64,000 nucleotides of DNA from Bacillota bacterium. Its GTDB lineage: Bacteria; Bacillota; Sulfobacillia; Fermentithermobacillales; Fermentithermobacillaceae. This document shows, one piece after another, positions 61,101 through 64,000 of the stretch. The stretch lies in assembly GCA_050952125.1 (NCBI GenBank), contig JBMNKK010000003.1, forward strand, positions 288,856 to 352,855, given 5' to 3'. Position numbers and translations under genes: made by a program. The notes beneath the pieces are model-generated. The model ran no database searches and was not told the DNA's origin. It saw only the letters and a program-made list of their open reading frames with translations. Every line of letters begins with the position of its first letter. Position 1 is the first letter of the stretch.

Positions 61101-64000
61101 GCCGCTATACTCAGTGGCGGTGTTGGTTGCCAAACAAGATACGGTCTTTCGGGCCTCGTTGCCGGCGGCGTCGGTGGCTATGAGCGTGAGCGTGCGGGGA
61201 ATCGTCGCGCCGGGAGCTGACCTGGGATCGTATCTGAAGGCGCCCTGGACGCGGACATCGCCGGCGGCTGTCGTCGTCACCTGATAGATACCCGTCTCGC
61301 TAGGTCCGGAGGCCTGCCACGAACCTTTGCCCTCGCTACCGGGGATGGCTACCTGCGGCACGTCTTCCTGCGTCGGGACATCGGCCATCCCGAGTACGTT
61401 CTCCCAATAGTCTTCTTCATGCTGGAGCGCGAGCGAGACAGGGCTCGCGTCTTCCACTGTCACCGTGAAGTCAAATAGATTGCCTAATGAGTTGTTGTCT
61501 ACGTCCAGAGTAGGAGCGCCGTCATCAATCCAGTCCACGCCCTTCTTGACGACGCTTACGTTGCCGAACCTATCAAAGGCGAAGAAGTAGTAGGTCCCGT
61601 TCTCATCGATAGTGATCCTGTCGCCAATCGCAAAGGGTGACAGCGTGCCTGCAGTGCCCTTCCTGTACTTCAGAACTATGGTATCGACCGGGGAAGCGGG
61701 ACTGGTCAAGCTCTTGACTGTGGCAACGACCCCTTTGGAGCTCTTTACGGGTGTTAGGGGTTCCAATTGCATCTCCAAGGCCGGGGGAGCATCGCTCATC
61801 CTAACGATTACTGACTGAACGGGAGGACTGTATGGCGCCAGGGTGGTCACGGCTTTCTCACCGTCGGAGTCCCACTCTATCGCCGCCACTCCCGTCGTGG
61901 TCAACACCTCGTAGACAAGTTCGTCCCCATCCTGTAGTCCAAGCAGAGCCAGGGTGCCGGAATCGAAGGTGACCTCGCCATAGCCGTAGGGATCCCAGCT
62001 TCCGACGTAAGTATCATCATCGTGCGCCGCCGCGCTCATCCTTACCCAACCGGTCTCGGCACCGCTTTGCCTGTTCTTGAGGCGCATGTAGATACGGGTG
62101 AAGAAATTGTCCCCGGCCTCGCCGCGCTGCGGGTAGCGACAAGGCACAAACTCCGCACGGAATGTAAGCGCAGTGTCGCCTGACTTACTTAGGTACACCT
62201 CAAGGGCCGGAGACGAGTCGAGAGGGTAGTCGTATTCGAGCTGCGCAGTAGTACCGCCGGCATCAGCCACGGTGGTAGCCTTAACCACGCCATAGCTGCC
62301 TACGGTTGCCTTCTCGACGTATGCCCCGACTTCCCTCTCGATGAGGCTTTTGCCGGAACCTGCCCATTCCGCAAGAGATTGGGCGCGCATCACGATAGAA
62401 TAGAGCCCTGATTTGTCTGAGACCCCGGCCGGGATCTCGAAGATCTGACTTGTCACCGCCGGAAGCCTGGTTGAGTAGACCTCATCGGATCCCGGGGAAC
62501 CCCAGGTACCTTCGTAATAGATGTGGACATCGATGCCGGCCAGATCGGCGGTCCCCCAGTCCGGCATCTTGACGTTCTCAAGTTCGACCAGCATCTTGAC
62601 TCCGTCCAGGCTTTGGACGCTGCCGAATTTCCCAGCGTCGCTGCCTACGGGCGGGCCCATATTCAGTGATCTCCCCACGGCTGTCTTGCCGGCGCCATAG
62701 GTAGTGAGATCTTCCTTGCTGCCGTCATCGAGAAGCGGAGCGATGTCGAACTTGTAGGCACAAGCGTCTCCCAAATAGCCGGCGTAGGCGGATTTCAGCG
62801 CGTACGCATAGTCGGCGGTAAGTGCGGTATCGGGAACCGTCACCGAGGTCTCTCCGGCAGTATCCACAACCGTGAGTTCCTCACTGTAAGCCGCTATCAG
62901 CCGCAGGTTGAGTTCGCCGTAATAGGTGTTCATGAGGTCTTGCAGAGCCCGGTGGGCGGCCGGCAATGGGTCACCCGATGAACCGCGCGTGCCGTAGAGA
63001 TCGTTAACGCGGGCTATGACTATACCTCCACTACCGTCGAGGCTTACATCTGCCAGGTGCCAGTCTTCGAAGTATGAGGCATCGAGTCCCCACGAGTCGG
63101 GGATACCGAAGATCTCGGCCTGGGCATAGACAGCGCCGCTGACTCCGGGCATCAAAGCGCTCTTCACGTAGTGCAGATCGGTCTCGTGGCCTGTCTCGTC
63201 CGGCACCTTGAGCATGGCTATGGTTGTCGGCGTTCTCGTCTCGGGCACGCCGCCTATCTCAACTGTCTTAGGAGGCCCCGGCGTGAAGAGAACGCTGTGC
63301 TTCGCGTGATAGCCGTCGGGCGAAGTCATGAATGTGAGGTTATGCTCGGGCTTCTTCAGATCGTACTCGAAGTCGAACCTTGCCCGGCCAGGCAGTTCAT
63401 CGCCGCTCTCATCCAGTGTCCTGACAAACAGAGAGTATTCGTGAACCTCATCGAGCCCAAGGTTCGTCAATGAGGCATCGAAAGTCTTGTAGAGGCTGCC
63501 GGGGCTTCCCGAGTAGGAAGGAAGGTCAGTAGCGGAATACCAAGTCGCTCCGGCGTCCGGGGGACCGCCGTCCGCCCACTCGACCCATAGGTATTCGATG
63601 CAGGCAACCTTCCCGGCAACATCTTTGACCCGGATCGATGCCTCAATCTCGCCGTGGTCGGTCACATACTCGGCAGCGTACGAATCCCGCGTCACTACCG
63701 GACCGATGGTATCAACGACTAGATCTACTGATCCAGGCGAAGAGCCCGTGCTAAAGCGATTGCCTGCCTTGTCGAATACCTCAACAGCTAGGGTGCTGCC
63801 TACGATGCTGTAGTCGCTGTCCGGCAGTAACCTGAAGTGGATATGTAGGCCATCGTCCGGCAGCTGAATGAGGCCGGGTTGAGTCTCATTCTCGCCAGCC
63901 TGCCAGTATGTTCGTAATCCCGCTTCCACCGAAGGAGAACTCACATAGGCGTACTCGTACTTGAAGCCCGGTATGCCCTCGCCCCCGTTGGTCCACCTGA
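58173..64000 (-). CDS. Giant (>1,940 aa) multi-Ig-like-domain surface protein, 5' end beyond the window
   Basis: The frame stays open from the track start GTG 63944 to 64000 (...RWTNGGEGIPGFKYEYAYVSSPSVEAG...). At least 8 domain-boundary motifs D-x-x-[GASP]-P are present (DTIGPVV, DDGAPTL, DRTSPTA, DNVPPQG, DVSQPTV, DKSPPQV, DNTAPKI, DKSPPTI). A DUF5011-like Ig domain lies at ~58512..58796. No SLH or LPXTG motif is seen at the C-terminus (...YITYVYVQK*). Confidence 0.8.
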   Translation of the reverse strand, partial: RWTNGGEGIPGFKYEYAYVSSPSVEAGLRTYWQAGENETQPGLIQLPDDGLHIHFRLLPDSDYSIVGSTLAVEVFDKAGNRFSTGSSPGSVDLVVDTIGPVVTRDSYAAEYVTDHGEIEASIRVKDVAGKVACIEYLWVEWADGGPPDAGATWYSATDLPSYSGSPGSLYKTFDASLTNLGLDEVHEYSLFVRTLDESGDELPGRARFDFEYDLKKPEHNLTFMTSPDGYHAKHSVLFTPGPPKTVEIGGVPETRTPTTIAMLKVPDETGHETDLHYVKSALMPGVSGAVYAQAEIFGIPDSWGLDASYFEDWHLADVSLDGSGGIVIARVNDLYGTRGSSGDPLPAAHRALQDLMNTYYGELNLRLIAAYSEELTVVDTAGETSVTVPDTALTADYAYALKSAYAGYLGDACAYKFDIAPLLDDGSKEDLTTYGAGKTAVGRSLNMGPPVGSDAGKFGSVQSLDGVKMLVELENVKMPDWGTADLAGIDVHIYYEGTWGSPGSDEVYSTRLPAVTSQIFEIPAGVSDKSGLYSIVMRAQSLAEWAGSGKSLIEREVGAYVEKATVGSYGVVKATTVADAGGTTAQLEYDYPLDSSPALEVYLSKSGDTALTFRAEFVPCRYPQRGEAGDNFFTRIYMRLKNRQSGAETGWVRMSAAAHDDDTYVGSWDPYGYGEVTFDSGTLALLGLQDGDELVYEVLTTTGVAAIEWDSDGEKAVTTLAPYSPPVQSVIVRMSDAPPALEMQLEPLTPVKSSKGVVATVKSLTSPASPVDTIVLKYRKGTAGTLSPFAIGDRITIDENGTYYFFAFDRFGNVSVVKKGVDWIDDGAPTLDVDNNSLGNLFDFTVTVEDASPVSLALQHEEDYWENVLGMADVPTQEDVPQVAIPGSEGKGSWQASGPSETGIYQVTTTAAGDVRVQGAFRYDPRSAPGATIPRTLTLIATDAAGNEARKTVSCLATNTATEYSGHTLDPEGGLKLTFTGPVVLTTPALSPADTAYGVEKSAVPIFASGNYTIEYADIFGRFCKESIVVDAYDGAYNVDISISETGPTRNDVVITIDARSNPGATLELPSDPALTIVPVTVDSKIKGATITVSSNRHVTFGVTVGGITRTRTIPVINIDRTSPTARVTWVFADAVVVNPATGKGETKGEVIASLVSLVAGESIDGANNKATFHRFTFNDQADYVLEYQDEAGNLGEPVTVSLGDTPLGAIRIVEKTFIDADGDAPTYNMAVSQSMPGGAFVKTAHYTQAEYTDALISGGNPFNEPYHVTKALRLQFSVTDVNSTKLFVLEGLSPDTTGFGYENPATENIEGVSWSGDTVDITDNVEICIVIVDAKDNMTLIPVTTTKIDNVPPQGEIDLVKVDFYKTRAYAVNLFDALSPPVTVCPTAGVSWDPSYNSGTGAYYQEFIGNGTFRFTIEDRAGNRATLEAVVEGIDVSQPTVKKTTWSPSFIGTDRQPVSTAPPTDRKLSSDVVARVEFSKPLLIGSCTATLQSPEGIPADYFECTWGSTNATVTFRAAAIVKLDFVALNYVANTYILDGSGLRIDKSPPQVTVASDEPLSGSTRSVKVTVTSSEATWEVGSGLAMTAANNFAATFNITENGDYGYRFADEVGNIADTFTFVDKAGTVTLGAAGFSVTRIDNTAPKITVGGFPDTRAEVQHWNSTHDESDQKTHVMRNTSFNVTVTTNEPGTISMGDEVKSGMSATFSIGVNGRYTIRATDSAGNTTTESYTVDCIDKSPPTIVLGAGTLKVKQGTTEAALRAILEGEISDRKVYAVDNIDQSVTPVISESLTEANLDTPGAYIVKYTATDDTGNAVSPPVERTVLVYDTNIPAIFVQGIKTESRGATIVNAAGLDAVSLSAIMPDPGGLRPKEPFKLYYGLGYRTIGEMKSLGKRVPVSVNPADPLLGDAELPVASSGFYTLYMVTQSRVEYITYVYVQK

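Overview
This 64-kb chromosomal segment comes from a visibly GC-rich, flagellated, endospore-forming Firmicute. Gene order follows Bacillus/Clostridia synteny. A class V FBP aldolase/phosphatase and two Fe-S-fused aldo/keto reductases suggest a thermophilic anaerobe, but that is inference. I call about 55 tightly packed protein genes, most on the minus strand, with many 1-4 nt start/stop overlaps.

Layout:
- 1-9 kb: dprA-topA-xerC-hslV-hslU-codY, then the start of the fla/che operon (flgB-flgC-fliE-fliF'). A 4 x 32-bp hairpin array lies between codY and flgB.
- 9-14 kb (+): a gerA-type germinant receptor operon (A, B, C subunits) and rnhB.
- 14-19 kb: yraN, comM-like ATPase, MATE and MFS transporters.
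- 19-22 kb: LysM protein, glnA, and trpS behind a clear Trp (UGG) T-box leader.
- 22-27 kb: a LuxR regulator with a degenerate receiver domain, yqeG, uninterrupted pro-sigK, a SpoVD-like PBP, and an RsfA-like Myb protein.
- 27-32 kb: GT4 glycosyltransferase, galT-glgA, and two CotF-type coat genes, one with a long Q/G/S/W-rich tandem-repeat tail.
- 32-46 kb: sleB-ypeB, then mltG-DUF1292-ruvX and ireB-alaS-proS. Four extra genes sit between ruvX and ireB.
- 46-50 kb: MFS, DUF554, a second AKR-ferredoxin, and an M24 peptidase.
- 50-64 kb: the only accessory-looking part. It holds a 5'-truncated ABC ATPase remnant, a vapBC toxin-antitoxin pair, and two co-directional giant surface-protein genes totalling more than 4,200 codons. 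One has three C-terminal SLH repeats; the other runs off the window.

I recognised no rRNA, tRNA, CRISPR array, transposase or prophage genes. I could not identify a clear-cut novel multi-gene system. The least explained element is the giant surface-protein pair and its unassignable internal modules.

All family calls come from reading the translated ORFs by eye. No searches were run.
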